From: Parachlamydiales bacterium
GTDB taxonomy: Bacteria; Chlamydiota; Chlamydiia; Chlamydiales; JAJFMK01
Assembly: GCA_963765145.1 (NCBI GenBank)
Contig: CAVXVG010000029.1
Coordinates: 1 to 64,000, forward strand
Reading direction: 5' to 3'
DNA length: 64,000 bases
Every line of letters begins with the position of its first letter. Positions within the stretch are counted from its first letter, which is position 1. Positions 31,796 to 45,470 of this stretch are shown piece after piece. A program made the translations under genes and the position numbers. The notes under the pieces are model-generated. The model was given only the letters and a program-made list of their open reading frames with translations. It searched no databases and was not told where the DNA came from.

Positions 31796-31891
31796 AGGAT
31801 ACTCGAGGAATTGGTAAACTTCTATTATAGTGATCCTATGAGAATATGGGAAGACGACTATACCACGCCCAATCAACTTAAACGCATTTAA

Positions 31892-31993
31892 TTTCGCGCT
31901 AGCGTTTGGAGTGCTAAACTCCTGTTTAGCTTTCACTTTCACTGACAAGTCAAAGCTAAACAGGAGTTTAGCACTCCAAACGCTAACGCGAAA
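31892..31993. repeat. Intact (empty) REPIN A
   Basis: cgcgctagcgtttggagtgctaaactcctgtttagcttt-spacer-aaagctaaacaggagtttagcactccaaacgctaacgcg. Confidence 0.95.
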
Positions 31994-32061
31994 AAGTAAC
32001 AAAATGTTGATCATGAAAGACTCGGGCGTTTATAAAGCTGCTGCAGATAATAAGGGCATTT

Positions 32062-33853
32062 ATGAAAACACGTGACGAAATTGACCTAAAAGATACTTGG
32101 GATTTAAAGCCGCTCTTTTTCTTCCCCCGAAGAGTGGGAAAAAGCCTTTCAAAAGGCAAAAAATTTGCCCTCATTGGAACCTTTTAAAGGTCACCTCAAA
32201 GATGGAATCGACACTTTTGTTGCAGCATGCCAAGTGATCTACGACACCTGTCGCGAACTTGAAAAGTTGTATACGTATGCCCACCTCTATCACGATGTCG
32301 AGATCACGGCCGTTGATGCAAAAAGCAAATATGCACAGATCCAAACCCTTTTTCAAACCTTCCAAGATCAGCGCTCTTGGTTTGAGCCCGAAATTTTAAG
32401 CCTTCCTGACGATCTGCTAAAAAAATATCTCAATGACCCTAAGCTTGGCGCTTTTCGGTTCCCCACAGAGGTCATCGTTCACCTAAAACCCCACATTCTC
32501 GACGCTGAAGGGGAAGCCATTTTAGCTAAAAGCGACGAAGCGCTCTCGACAACGTATAAAGCCTATAAGGCTTTAACCGATGCTGACATCGCTTTTCCTG
32601 ACATCAAGGACAGCCAGGGTAATACCCTCCCCCTGAGTCATGGGGCTTATGGAATGTACCTACGCTCGCCCGACCGGACGTTGAGAAAAGAGGCTTTCAC
32701 TGCGTTTCATCAAAGTTTTGCGCAATTTGGAAACACATTGGGCGAACTGTTCCAGGGCATCATCAAAAACCACCAGTTCCATGCGAAGACACGTGGATAC
32801 AAAAGTTGCCTTGAAGCAGCTCTTTTCCCTCGCAACATCCCAACCCAGGTGTATGATGCTTTAATCGACGCGGTACGAAAAGGGATAGGCGCCCACCACA
32901 ATTACATTGATTTGCGGAAGAAAATTTTAGGGGTCGAAGCTTTCCACCTCTATGATAGCTATGCCCCATTAGTTGAAGGGGTCGATGTCGATATTCCGTA
33001 CGATGAAGCGGTCGATTTAGTGATTGCATCTGTAGCCCTTCTTGGAAAAGAGTATCAAGACACTCTTGCCAAAGGTTTAAAAAGCCAAGGATGGGTTGAC
33101 CGGTACGAAAACAAAAACAAACGGTCCGGAGCCTATTCTTCAGGCTGCTACGACAGTCACCCTTACATTCTGATGAATTATAAAGGAACATTCCGCGACT
33201 TGTTTACCCTGGCTCACGAGGCAGGTCACAGTATGCACAGCTATTTGTCAAAGAAAAATCAGCCTTATCCAATCGCAGATTACCCTATTTTCTTGGCAGA
33301 AGTGGCATCCACCTTCAATGAAGAGCTTTTATTCCAACATTTGTTGAAAAACACAACCGATCCGAAAAAACGGCGGTATTTCATCACACAAAAGCTGGAC
33401 GATCTTAGGGCTACCTTCTTTAGACAAACCCTGTTTGCAGAGTTGGAGCTTCAAACACACAAGTGGGTCGAAGAGGGCATCCCTCTTACTCCTGAAAAAC
33501 TCAATGCCTACTATAGAGAGCTCACCGAGTTTTATTTTGGCTCTTCCCTTGTCTTTGACAGCTTTGGTCAGGTCGAATGGTCACGCATCCCACACTTCTA
33601 CTATAATTTTTACGTTTACCAATATGCGACCGGATTGAGCGCTGCCCTCCAATTGGCAACAGCGGTTTCTGAAGGGGGCGAGTCAGAAAGGAATCGTTAC
33701 TTGAAGTTCCTATCTTCCGGCGGCTCTAATTACCCTATTCCGCTGTTGAAAGATGCGGGTGTCGATTTAACGAAAGGAGATGCAGTGGCTTCCACCTTAA
33801 ATTTGTTCCGTCAACTGACAGACGACTTGGCACTCGAATGTGGCAAGTGCTAA
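32062..33853 (+). CDS. pepF: Oligoendopeptidase F (frameshift near the 5' end)
   Basis: MKTRDEIDLKDTWDL start; KRSGAYS, HEAGH and AEVAS. Confidence 0.9.
33827..33853. promoter_or_regulatory. CIRCE operator (HrcA site) of groESL
   Basis: TTGGCACTC-N9-AAGTGCTAA versus consensus TTAGCACTC-N9-GAGTGCTAA, 66 bp upstream of groES. Confidence 0.85.
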
Positions 33854-33919
33854 ACGCCTCTTGTTTTAAAACGGGAGTTTGGCTAAGGTAATGAGCAAAT
33901 TTACAACAGTGGTGAAAAT

Positions 33920-35886
<1,967 letters not shown>

Positions 35887-35888
35887 TA

Positions 35889-36064
35889 GAAAAAACCACT
35901 GAGGCACTGAGATCACTGAGGAAGTTGAGAACACTGAGAACCATTTTCTGGTAAATAAATGTGAATTCAATTTTCTATCAATTTATGAAAGTTGTTTTAC
36001 AAAAAACCAGCTCTCAGTGACCTCGACTTCCTCAGTGATCTCAGTGTCTCAGTGGTTTTTTTTC
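35889..36064. repeat. Inverted repeat built from ~9-bp CACTGAG tandem units
   Basis: aaaaaaccactgaggcactgagatcactgaggaagt ... acttcctcagtgatctcagtgtctcagtggtttttt. Confidence 0.8.
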
Positions 36065-36087
36065 AAACACGTCAAGGTGTATGTAAT

Positions 36088-36834
36088 ATGGAAACTTCTT
36101 GGGAAAAATCGAGTCAATGGTACGACGATATCGTCGGTGAAAAGGGTCATACCTACCACCAAGAGATCATCCTCCCTGCACTTCTTAAATTATTAGACTT
36201 AAAACCAAACGACCACCTCCTCGATGTCGGCTGCGGCCAAGGGGTTTTCGCCCGCGCCCTGCCAAAAGGGGTCAAATACACAGGTATCGACGCCTCCCCT
36301 ACACTTATCAAAAAAGCAAAATCCACTTACCCCGCCGGTCAATTTATCGTGACCGACGCCACAAAGCCATACCCATTAAAAGAAAAGGCGACCCATGCGA
36401 TTTGTATTTTGTGCCTACAAAATATGAACGACCCCAAAAGCGCCTTGAAACAGCTTGCCGGACACACAACAGGTAAAGTGATCCTTGTTCTTAACCATCC
36501 TTGCTTCCGCATCCCTCGCCAATCTAGCTGGGGCATAGACGAAGGTAAAAAAATCCAATACCGGCGGATCGACCGGTACATGACACCTCTACAAATACCG
36601 ATCCAAACACACCCAGGCAAAGGGGGCGAATCCACCCTTTCTTTCCACTTCCCTCTCTCTTACTGGACATCTAGCTGCAAAGATGCCGGCATCGTCATCC
36701 ATGACATTCAAGAGTGGTGCAGCCACAAAGAAAGTACCGGCCGCATGGCCCGTATGGAAAACCGTGCCCGCGAAGAATTCCCCCTCTTTCTAGCCCTAGT
36801 CGGGCAAGCAACTGCTACTCCTGAAAAGAAGTAA
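36088..36834 (+). CDS. Class I SAM-dependent methyltransferase
   Basis: LLDVGCGQG and NHPCFRIP; the upstream in-frame extension is repeat-derived. Confidence 0.85.
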   Translation: METSWEKSSQWYDDIVGEKGHTYHQEIILPALLKLLDLKPNDHLLDVGCGQGVFARALPKGVKYTGIDASPTLIKKAKSTYPAGQFIVTDATKPYPLKEKATHAICILCLQNMNDPKSALKQLAGHTTGKVILVLNHPCFRIPRQSSWGIDEGKKIQYRRIDRYMTPLQIPIQTHPGKGGESTLSFHFPLSYWTSSCKDAGIVIHDIQEWCSHKESTGRMARMENRAREEFPLFLALVGQATATPEKK

Positions 36835-36866
36835 GCCGCTTCAAAAGAGGGGGTTCATAGCCCGAT

Positions 36867-36906
36867 TTGACAAAAGCACACCGCCGTATTACACTCGTAA
36901 GTACGG
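36867..36906 (+). promoter_or_regulatory. Sigma70-type promoter with overlapping operator-like inverted repeat for the TA operon
   Basis: TTGACA-17-TACACT; ccgtattac...gtaagtacgg. Confidence 0.6.
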
Positions 36907-36914
36907 AGGAAGAT

Positions 36915-37148
36915 ATGTTAGTGAAACAACTCACACAGAGTGGCAATAGTAAAGCTATTATTTTAGATAAATCCTTGCTGACTGCAGCAGGTCTAGATGA
37001 AGATGCTCTTTTTGGTATTACAATTAACCCAAATGGCGGACTTACCATCCAGTCTTTAGAAACAACTGATCCGGACTTAAAGAAAGCCGCATTTAAAAAA
37101 GTTATGGAAAAACATCGTGATCTACTGAAAAGATTAAGTGACAGATGA
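36915..37148 (+). CDS. AbrB/MazE-type antitoxin
   Basis: KQLTQSGNSKAIIL; overlaps the doc-like gene at ATGA. Confidence 0.8.
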   Translation: MLVKQLTQSGNSKAIILDKSLLTAAGLDEDALFGITINPNGGLTIQSLETTDPDLKKAAFKKVMEKHRDLLKRLSDR

Positions 37149-37546
37149 TTTTCTTGAACGTAGAAGACATTATTGATTTCCACACAGAAGTCGTCAACGA
37201 ATTCGGTGGCTCTCATGGCATAAGAGACATGGGCCTGCTGATATCGGCTGTCGAGATGCCTAAAGCAACTATGTTTGGGCAAGATCTACATCTTTCTATT
37301 TTTGATAAAGCTGCAGCGTACCTTTACCACATCATTTGCAATCACCCCTTTATTGATGGAAATAAAAGAACAGGGATTGCTTCTACGTTAACGTTTTTAG
37401 AGCTAAACCAATTAATTATTCCATTTGACTCTTTTGAATTAGAAGAACTGACTGTTCAGGTAGCAAAGGGAGAAGTAAAAAAGGAAGAAATCGCCCGTTT
37501 CTTTGAAAAATGTTTTGAATCAAAATTCACAACCAAAGACATTTAA
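37145..37546 (+). CDS. Death-on-curing (Doc/Fic) family toxin
   Basis: HPFIDGNKRTG. Confidence 0.9.
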   Translation: MIFLNVEDIIDFHTEVVNEFGGSHGIRDMGLLISAVEMPKATMFGQDLHLSIFDKAAAYLYHIICNHPFIDGNKRTGIASTLTFLELNQLIIPFDSFELEELTVQVAKGEVKKEEIARFFEKCFESKFTTKDI

Positions 37547-37852
37547 AATCATGAAAAACCATGTTCTATTGGAAATGCTATGATTTTTTGCGTTGAAATT
37601 AAGATTTTCAGCTTATCCTTGCGTCACCTAGACAAACCCACGAGACGTTAAAAAAACCACCAAATATTTATACGAACTTTATGTTGCTGAGTTACCTTTA
37701 AGAATGTAGGGAGGGTAAAAAGTTACTAACTACGGTTCTTCTTCAGGGAATGAACCCTAGTTACTTTGGCGGACGTTTTTTTCTTTTAGAAATCATTCCG
37801 TCCGCCTTTACCTTAGGCGAACTGTATATCACTGATATCCCGTTCGCCTTTT

Positions 37853-38884
37853 TTACTCCCCCCATTTAAGGGCGTCAAGCTTGTCAAGCGTCTCTTGAAA
37901 ATCGAGTGTTTGACTCATGTCGAATTGATAACCTTCCCAATAGCTACCTTTCAAGCGATTCGGGGCTAATCTCTTCAAAGCTAAATAGGTAACACAATCA
38001 ACTTCATCAATTGGAACACCGATCATAGCTTGTTGTTTCTCTGAAAAAATAGCAATCTGATCAATAGAACGGCCCATTTTGTTAGGCACTAGCGGGTGGG
38101 TTACCTCAAAAGACAATCCACCGTTTGGAAAATTAAAGGAGTAATTCCCGGAACCATCCCTTGAAATAGTGATTTCGATTTCTTTATCGAGATGCATGAG
38201 AACGGACACTCCGAAGGGCGCGGTCATCTTGCCAGTAACGGCCTCATCAAGCTCTAAACGATATCTCTTGCCAGATTCAAGAACGGTAAATTTTCCTTTC
38301 TTCACCCCTGCTAGAAGGAAAGACCAACATGAAGTGGCAAACGCTAGATCAACTTCTGACCAAACTTTTGCAAATTCTACCGCCATATTACCTAAAAACT
38401 TGTCATCCATCTGATCAACATCGCTTTCATCAGGCCATGTCTCAATATCATAAAACCGTTCTGTTACTACACTTACTGTTCCATCAGGACCTATTACCTT
38501 TATTTCCTCATCAGTCCATGATCCTTCTTTTGGGTCGGTAAATCCATGTTCATCAAAGCCTGATATTTTCTCGATGATAGAGTTAGCAAGTTCAAGGCCA
38601 AGCTCTCCACTACTGATCCATCTGCCGATCGCAAACCGATTAATAAGAGAGGAAAAAAACTTCAAAATGAAGCCAAGTCGACCCTCGTAAGCCTTCATTT
38701 TCTGCTCAGAAAGGCGATGCACCTTTTGAGCTAAATCAATAGAAGAAGTTGCCGCTGTTTTCTGGTAGTTCCAAACGGCACGATGTAGCGAAGTTAAAGG
38801 ATGAACCGTATCGGCGCAGTCATTAAAAGACCGAGGAGGCAAATGGGGGAGAATTTGAGATGTTTTATTATTAGTAACGTTCAT
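37853..38884 (-). CDS. Hypothetical protein, tandem paralog (candidate effector)
   Basis: Shares TVHPLTSLH, GELGLELANS and a C-terminal domain with 39046-40352. Confidence 0.65.
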   Translation of the reverse strand: MNVTNNKTSQILPHLPPRSFNDCADTVHPLTSLHRAVWNYQKTAATSSIDLAQKVHRLSEQKMKAYEGRLGFILKFFSSLINRFAIGRWISSGELGLELANSIIEKISGFDEHGFTDPKEGSWTDEEIKVIGPDGTVSVVTERFYDIETWPDESDVDQMDDKFLGNMAVEFAKVWSEVDLAFATSCWSFLLAGVKKGKFTVLESGKRYRLELDEAVTGKMTAPFGVSVLMHLDKEIEITISRDGSGNYSFNFPNGGLSFEVTHPLVPNKMGRSIDQIAIFSEKQQAMIGVPIDEVDCVTYLALKRLAPNRLKGSYWEGYQFDMSQTLDFQETLDKLDALKWGE

Positions 38885-39045
38885 ATGGAATCATTTTATC
38901 CCATTTGAATTAAGTTACTCCAAAGATATTAATAATTTTTCTTAATGTTTAATGCGCGAAGCATTTTGAGTATCTTATTGGGAGGATATGGGTGTGCCCT
39001 ATTTGGCGAACGGTGTATCTTTTCAGATTCCTCATTCGCCTTTCT

Positions 39046-40352
39046 TTATGCCCATTCTATTGCATTAAGTCCTTCTAAGGCGTCTTCGAAGGAAAGTGGC
39101 AAATCCAAAGGAATTTCTTTTTGGTCAAAATCAGAAACAAATTGCTCAATGACCTTGGAAATAGCCCATGGAATTTTATATGAGGTCATGCCAATCTCTA
39201 ACTGATTGTTTTCCAAAATAGTGATTCGGTTAATAGGACGACTGATTGTTGGTAACCACCAGAGAGCACTGCAGAGTGCCGCTACCAACTTACCTTCCAA
39301 TTTCTCAACTATCTTTTCAGAATCTTTTTTTAACGGAGAGGAGGAGTCTGGAAGTTGTTTTGCAGCTTCTATAAGCTTATCGCGGAATTCACCTGATTTA
39401 CTTGGCACAGCATTAAAAGTGATTCCGCCCTTAGGGAATATGAAAGACCGCTTCCCTTCTTCATCTACTGCAATCTTAACTTCAATTTCGTGATCCAAGC
39501 TAATATAAAAAGGTGTTTCAAGTGGGATCGGGACAGCCTCGTTTTTAAAAAAAATTATTCCAGTGGGAGAGTTATCGATTTCAAGAACATAGTTCTTACC
39601 TGGTTCTACGACCTTCCAATCTATTCCTCCTGCTCCCTTTAAAAGGCTGTCCCAAAGCTTGGATATGTTCTCTTGATCATTTTGGCTTCTCCAAATATCC
39701 CGACAAAGCTCTTTGCATCGGATCCAACTCATTTTCTTCTGGTGGGGTTAAGGGCTTTGACACCCTAAGGTTCTCTGGCATTAGCTCTTCAATAAACCGC
39801 TCCATATCTATTGCATTAAACGGAACTGTAGATTTCGAATCTTCAACAGCAGGCTCTTCTAGTGCATCATAAAACTTATCTGCCTCATCATCTGGAACTA
39901 CTAGAACCTCGCTTATTGCATCAAAAAAAAATTCTTCGGACGCTATCTCTTCTCTGGCAACAGTAACAAGTTTTTTTGCTAATCCATTCTTTATTTCTGA
40001 AGCATCTTTTTTTTCTCTTTCTAACTTTTTCGCTCTTGCAATCACAGAGTTGGCGAGTTCAAGGCCAAGTTCCCCGAGCTGATCCATTTGCAACATTAAG
40101 GATTGGCCCAATTGAGGGCAGAAAAATGTTTCAGTACAAAGCCAAACCTTGCTTTATAAGCATCTATCTTTTGCTTGGAAAGAAGCTTGACCCTGTCTGC
40201 CAACATCCTATCAGAAGAAGTGTCTGCTATGATCTGATATCTATAGATAGCAGATGGAGCGAAGTTAAAGGATGCACTGTCTCTGGAAAGCTCTCGAAGG
40301 AGGAAAGCCAGAGAGGTGGAATGGAGAAAAAATTACTAAGAGGCGTCGTCAT
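39046..40352 (-). pseudogene. Fragmented paralog of 37853-38884 (possibly sequencing errors)
   Basis: Homologous pieces in several frames; similar ggcgaac...ttcgcc hairpin downstream of both genes. Confidence 0.55.
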
Positions 40353-40427
40353 AATTAAAATATTATATCGGAAAAAACTGGGGTGGTTTTTATTAACAAC
40401 TTTTTAAATTAAATTCATTGTTTAATA

Positions 40428-40918
40428 CGCGAAGCGTTTGGAGTGCTAAACGGCCTTGTTGCATAATTCAATTTCTAATTAAAAAATGTAGCTTAGGCTT
40501 TAGAGGCACTTGCAAAAATCAGAATAAACTCTGATAAAGCCCTTAACATCTCTTAAGAGTTCTTGGTTACAAGATAAAAATAACAGGATGAACAGGGTGA
40601 ACAGGATAAGCTTCGCCAACAAAATGATTTCTATTTTCAAAATGATAAAGCTAGGCGGAGCTATCCTGTCGCTCGATGAGCGATCCTGTTCATCCTGTTT
40701 AATTTATAGGAAGCTTTTCCTTAGGTTAATGCAATACATAAGGGTCTATTGTGATCTGGAGTCCGATTTTTGCAAGTGTCTCTTTAGCCTGAGCTACAAT
40801 ATTTGTCCAAATTATGCTTAATTATGCAACAAGGCCGTGCTCCTGAGCCCGTTTAGCCTTTCACTTTCACAGATCAGTCAAAGCTAAACGGGCTCAGGAG
40901 CACTCCAAACGCTTCGCG
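40428..40918. repeat. Nested element: REPIN A [MITE B 40452-40836 [collapsed C 40487-40798 [MITE D 40503-40782 [aacaggatg-repeat hairpin]]]]
   Basis: Same terminal motifs as 2465-2920; B/C junction sequences are the reverse complement of those at 2547-2893; TTTA duplication around D. Confidence 0.9.
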
Positions 40919-40925
40919 AGACCTT

Positions 40926-43442
40926 TTACTTTTCTATCACCAGGTTTAGCAGCTTGTTGGGGACGAAAATAACCTTTTTCAAGGTGCCTTCGGCTAGGTA
41001 CTTCTGGATCTGAGGGTGACCCTTGGCTTTCACGAGGATCTCGGCTTCTGAAAGGTTGACCGGCAGCTCAAAGCGACCACGCACTTTCCCATTAACTTGG
41101 ACAACGTAGGTGACCTCTGCATCATGCAAATATTGCTGTTTTACTTCAGGGTAAGGACAGATGTTGATGTCCTCTTTAAAGCCCAAATGTCCCACAGTTC
41201 AGATGTGATGTGGGGAGCAAAAGAAAAGACACACTGCAGCACAATTTTAATGGCAGCTTTTGGAATTTTTTCAACTTTTGTAAAGTTGTTCATGATTCCA
41301 TCATCTTGGCAATGGCAGTATTGAATTGCAGAGTTTCCTGGCATCTTTCAAAATGTTATCGAGTAAGCGATGAGCAAGTTTTAACCCTTCCTCATCCCCT
41401 TCCTCTCTACAATTCGGTCAGAAGTGCAAAGATCCCAAAGTATCTCAAACCTTCGGCATCCCATCACCGCTTCACTGTTCCACACTTTTTCTTGTCGAGA
41501 GGGCCCATGAACATTTCATCAAGGCGCAAAGAATCTGCACCTAATTCGTCGATCACTTAGTCAGGGTGGCTTCGTGAGTTTCGGCATCCTGGTGTTACTG
41601 ATCTGAGAACGAAGCGGCTCTTTTGTCACCTTGTGGAACAAACTTACCATCGACCTCTTCTACCTCTTCGGAACGTACTGTCCGGTGCTTTTCTGATTCA
41701 AACAGGCTACCCATCATCCCTTGGTTAAATAACTTTTGGAATGGCTCTAACGTATGGACAAGGCCGCAATCGTAAAGCACTTTATGCCAAAACCTGGCGT
41801 TAATGATCAATCGAAAACAGCATCGTGCGCCAACATACAGATCAACCGGCAACCAATAGTTTTCGGCCTCTTTTGACCAGCCTTGTCGTTTAAAGGATCG
41901 GCAAATCGAAGATAATACCGGAACAACCTGCCCATTGAGGCATCGAATTGGTTTCACGCAGTGCTTTTCGACCTGTTTTTGGATCGACAATCTCCACCCA
42001 ATCTTTTGCCTTGGCAAAAGGACTTTTCCATCTCCTGCTGGGAGTAGATTCGTCGTCCACTTTTACGGCTGAATTAAGGGCAATTCATCGATGCCAAGCA
42101 CCCTTTCTGGTTCCATCTTCAAAATGGAGGATCAGGAAACGGCGCACCCAATACAGTCACATAAAAAGGCCGGTCGCGCAGCTTGTAGGTCACCGCTTCC
42201 AGCCCATTTCTTCAAGAAAGGCATTGATCGCATCTTTTGTTTCTTCAATAAAAAGCATACCGATGATCTTTCGGGCCATTTCATGTTCATCGAACGCCCG
42301 TCGCCCGACCAAGCAGTTTCTCCGGCTAAAACCTTTTACGAACATCTGCTTCTACAGGATCGATTACTTGGATAATGTCTCGGGCATATTTTTTAGCAAA
42401 ATCGAAGTCCCGTTCATCGTGCGCAGGAACCGCCATGACAGCCCCATTTTCCCATAGGCTGCTCGACGTAGTCGGCAATACAAATCGGTATCTTTTTTTG
42501 CGTCAAAGGGGGATGGACTGCAAAAGCGCCTGTAAATACGCCTGTTTTATCAAAATTTAACTCTGTTCGGTCTAAATCGCTCTTTGCAGCTGTTTCTTTT
42601 TGATATTTTTCGATCTCATTTTTTTGTGCTGCAGTCGTAATGCTAGAAACCAGCGGATGTTCTGGCGAAAGGACAACAAAAGTTCGCCGGCGAGATTATC
42701 TGCTCTTGTCGTAAAGACTGTAATCGCCTCTTTTGTCTTTTCCTCTATGAATTCGACATAAAGTCCGACACTTTTGCCTATCCAATTTTCCTGCAGTTTT
42801 TTCAAACCCTCGGGCCAATCGAGCAATTTCGAGTCGTCCACAACCTTCGGCATACGCGGTGATTTTTAGGACCCATTGACGCAAAGGGGCTCTTCAACCT
42901 GGTAACCCGATCTTTTGATACCCCATTTTCGACCTCTTCGTTAGCCAAAACAGAGCCGAGGGCCGGGCAATAGTTGACCAGCAGTTCGGCTTCATAGGCC
43001 AGATCCCTTCTCGTAAAGTTTTGTAAAGATCCATTGGGTCCATTTGTAATAGTCGGGAGAACTTGTGGCAATTTCTCGGTCCCAATCGTACGAAAAACCA
43101 ACCGCTTTCGGCTGTCTTTTGAATGTTGCTATGTTTTGGTCGGTCGTCACACTTGGGTGTGTCCCGGTCCGAATAGCATATTGTTCAGCCGGCAGACCAA
43201 AAACTATCCCATCCCATCGGGTCAAAACATTAAAACCCCGTTGCCGTTTAAAGCGCGCAGTGATGGGTTCCTGTATACCCAAGCAAATGTCCGACGTGCA
43301 ACCCCGAGCCAGAAGGGTAAGGAAACATATCGAGGACATAATATTTTGGCTTTTTAGGATCGATGGTAGAGCTAAAGGGCTTCTCGTTTTCCCAACGGGC
43401 TTGCCATTTCTTTTCTACTGCCTTGTGATCGTACTTTTTCAT
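40926..43442 (-). CDS. leuS: Leucyl-tRNA synthetase, broken by many indels (likely read errors)
   Basis: [49 protein letters not shown] and VQVNGKVR occur in order across frames. Confidence 0.9.
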
Positions 43443-43478
43443 GATTTTCAATGGGAAAGGGTGTATATTGGATAGAGT

Positions 43479-45470
43479 ATGACAAAGAAGACGAATAATC
43501 GAAAAGGAAGACTGCAGAAAAAACCAATCCCCTTCTCTAAAAAAACAGAAACAAATGATGAAATTGTAAACGGAATCATCAGACTCCACCCTCGAGGATT
43601 TGGGTTTTTACTCCCCGAAGGGCGATGGGGCTCAAAAGAAGAAGTTTTCATCCCTCGCCACCTGACCATGCAAGCTTTTGACGGTGATAGAGTCGCCGTA
43701 GAGGTCAAAGCTGAGGTCTCTGCCAAAGGAAAAGAGGGCAAAGTTGTCGAGATTTTAGAACGAGTACGCACCCATTTAGCCGGCACTGTTTTTCGGATCA
43801 ATTCAAAAGGGCGCCCCGTCGTTTATGTCCCTATTTTAGGCAGCGAAAATCATGTCGTCCTAGAAGAAGGCGAAGCCAATGTTGGCGACCGTATAGTGCT
43901 AGAAATTTTAACTCACGGCGAGCAAGGGATTAAAGCAACAGGCAAATTAGAGAAAATCATGGGACACATCGATCGCCCCGGCGACGACATCCTTTCTGCC
44001 GTTCACGAATACACTCTGCCCGGCTCTTTTTCCCCCGAGTTGGTCCAATCTCTCAAAAATCTTGGCAAAACAGTAAATAAGTCAGACATGAAGGGACGAG
44101 AAGACCTGACCAAATTTCTGACTGTCACAATCGATCCTGAGACTGCCAAAGACTTTGACGACGCCCTTTCCATTTCAAAAAGAAAAGATGGTTCTTTTTA
44201 TTTGGCCGTGCACGTTGCCGATGTGTCTCACTATGTCAAACCTGGCACTTTAGTTGATGATGAAGCCAGAAAAAGACTTAATTCAACCTATTTGCCTGGT
44301 GTTTGCATCCCGATGCTGCCGGAAATCCTTTCAAACGAACTTTGCAGCTTAAAACCAGAGGTCGAAAGACTTGCTGCGACTGTTCATATGGAATTTAAGC
44401 CAAACGGAGAGCTGATCCGGTTTCGGATGGCCCGTTCGGTCATCAAAAGTGCTTATCGCTTTACCTACAAAGAGGCAAGACAGGTCATTGATGGGACTAA
44501 AGAAAGCCCCTACCGAGAAGCTCTTTTGCAGATGAAAGAGTTGGCTTTAGCTTTGAAATCAATCCGAAAAGGTCGGGGCAGTATTGAACTTTCGCTTCCC
44601 GATTTGATTGTCAGGGTAAACAAAGAAGGTGTTCCGACCGGCATTGAATGGGAAGAATACGATATCACCCACCAATTGGTGGAAGAATTCATGTTAAAGG
44701 CCAACGAACTTGTGGCAACCCACCTCACAACAGCAGGCAAGCCGGTTACCTACCGTATCCATGAAAGCCCGGACATTGAGGATATTGAAGAATTTGCAAG
44801 GCTAGTTAGCTCGTTTGACATCAAAGTGCCGGAAAACCCTACCTCGCACCAATTGCAAGAGGTGCTTGACCAAGCAGCTAAAACCCCATTTGCCTCGTTT
44901 GTCATCGGCAGCTATATCCGATCGATGAAAATGGCCGTTTATTCGCATGAAAATATTGGCCACCACGGGCTTGCGCTAGAAAATTATTGCCACTTCACCA
45001 GCCCCATCCGCCGCTATCCCGATTTAGTCGTCCACCGTTTGCTATTTGGCGGAGAGGCCACCCTTGAAGAGGTCGCATCTATTTCAGACCAAGCCTCCAG
45101 TCAAGAGCGGGTCTCTGCAAAAGCCGAGCAAAGCGTTAAGTTGTTAAAAAAACTGCGCCTTCTTAAACAAGAGCCCAAAGAAAAAGAGTTTGTCGCCTAT
45201 GTTTCAAAAGTGAAGCAGTTTGGATTTACTTTTGAGGTTGCAGAATTTGGCCTTGAAGGGTTTTTTGGATTTGAAGATCTCGGTGATGACTATTATGTTT
45301 ACAACGAGAAAACCCGCTCATTGACTGGCAGACGCACCGGATTGAATTTTTTTGTCGGGGCTAAAATTGGGGTCTATTTGCAAGATGTCGATTTGATCTT
45401 TCAAGAGGCAAAATGGTATCTATCTGTAGAAGGTGGCCAAGAAAACAGAAGGGGAAAAAGGAAAAAATGA
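43479..45470 (+). CDS. rnr: Ribonuclease R
   Basis: [24 protein letters not shown] and C-terminal S1 domain. Confidence 0.95.
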   Translation: MTKKTNNRKGRLQKKPIPFSKKTETNDEIVNGIIRLHPRGFGFLLPEGRWGSKEEVFIPRHLTMQAFDGDRVAVEVKAEVSAKGKEGKVVEILERVRTHLAGTVFRINSKGRPVVYVPILGSENHVVLEEGEANVGDRIVLEILTHGEQGIKATGKLEKIMGHIDRPGDDILSAVHEYTLPGSFSPELVQSLKNLGKTVNKSDMKGREDLTKFLTVTIDPETAKDFDDALSISKRKDGSFYLAVHVADVSHYVKPGTLVDDEARKRLNSTYLPGVCIPMLPEILSNELCSLKPEVERLAATVHMEFKPNGELIRFRMARSVIKSAYRFTYKEARQVIDGTKESPYREALLQMKELALALKSIRKGRGSIELSLPDLIVRVNKEGVPTGIEWEEYDITHQLVEEFMLKANELVATHLTTAGKPVTYRIHESPDIEDIEEFARLVSSFDIKVPENPTSHQLQEVLDQAAKTPFASFVIGSYIRSMKMAVYSHENIGHHGLALENYCHFTSPIRRYPDLVVHRLLFGGEATLEEVASISDQASSQERVSAKAEQSVKLLKKLRLLKQEPKEKEFVAYVSKVKQFGFTFEVAEFGLEGFFGFEDLGDDYYVYNEKTRSLTGRRTGLNFFVGAKIGVYLQDVDLIFQEAKWYLSVEGGQENRRGKRKK

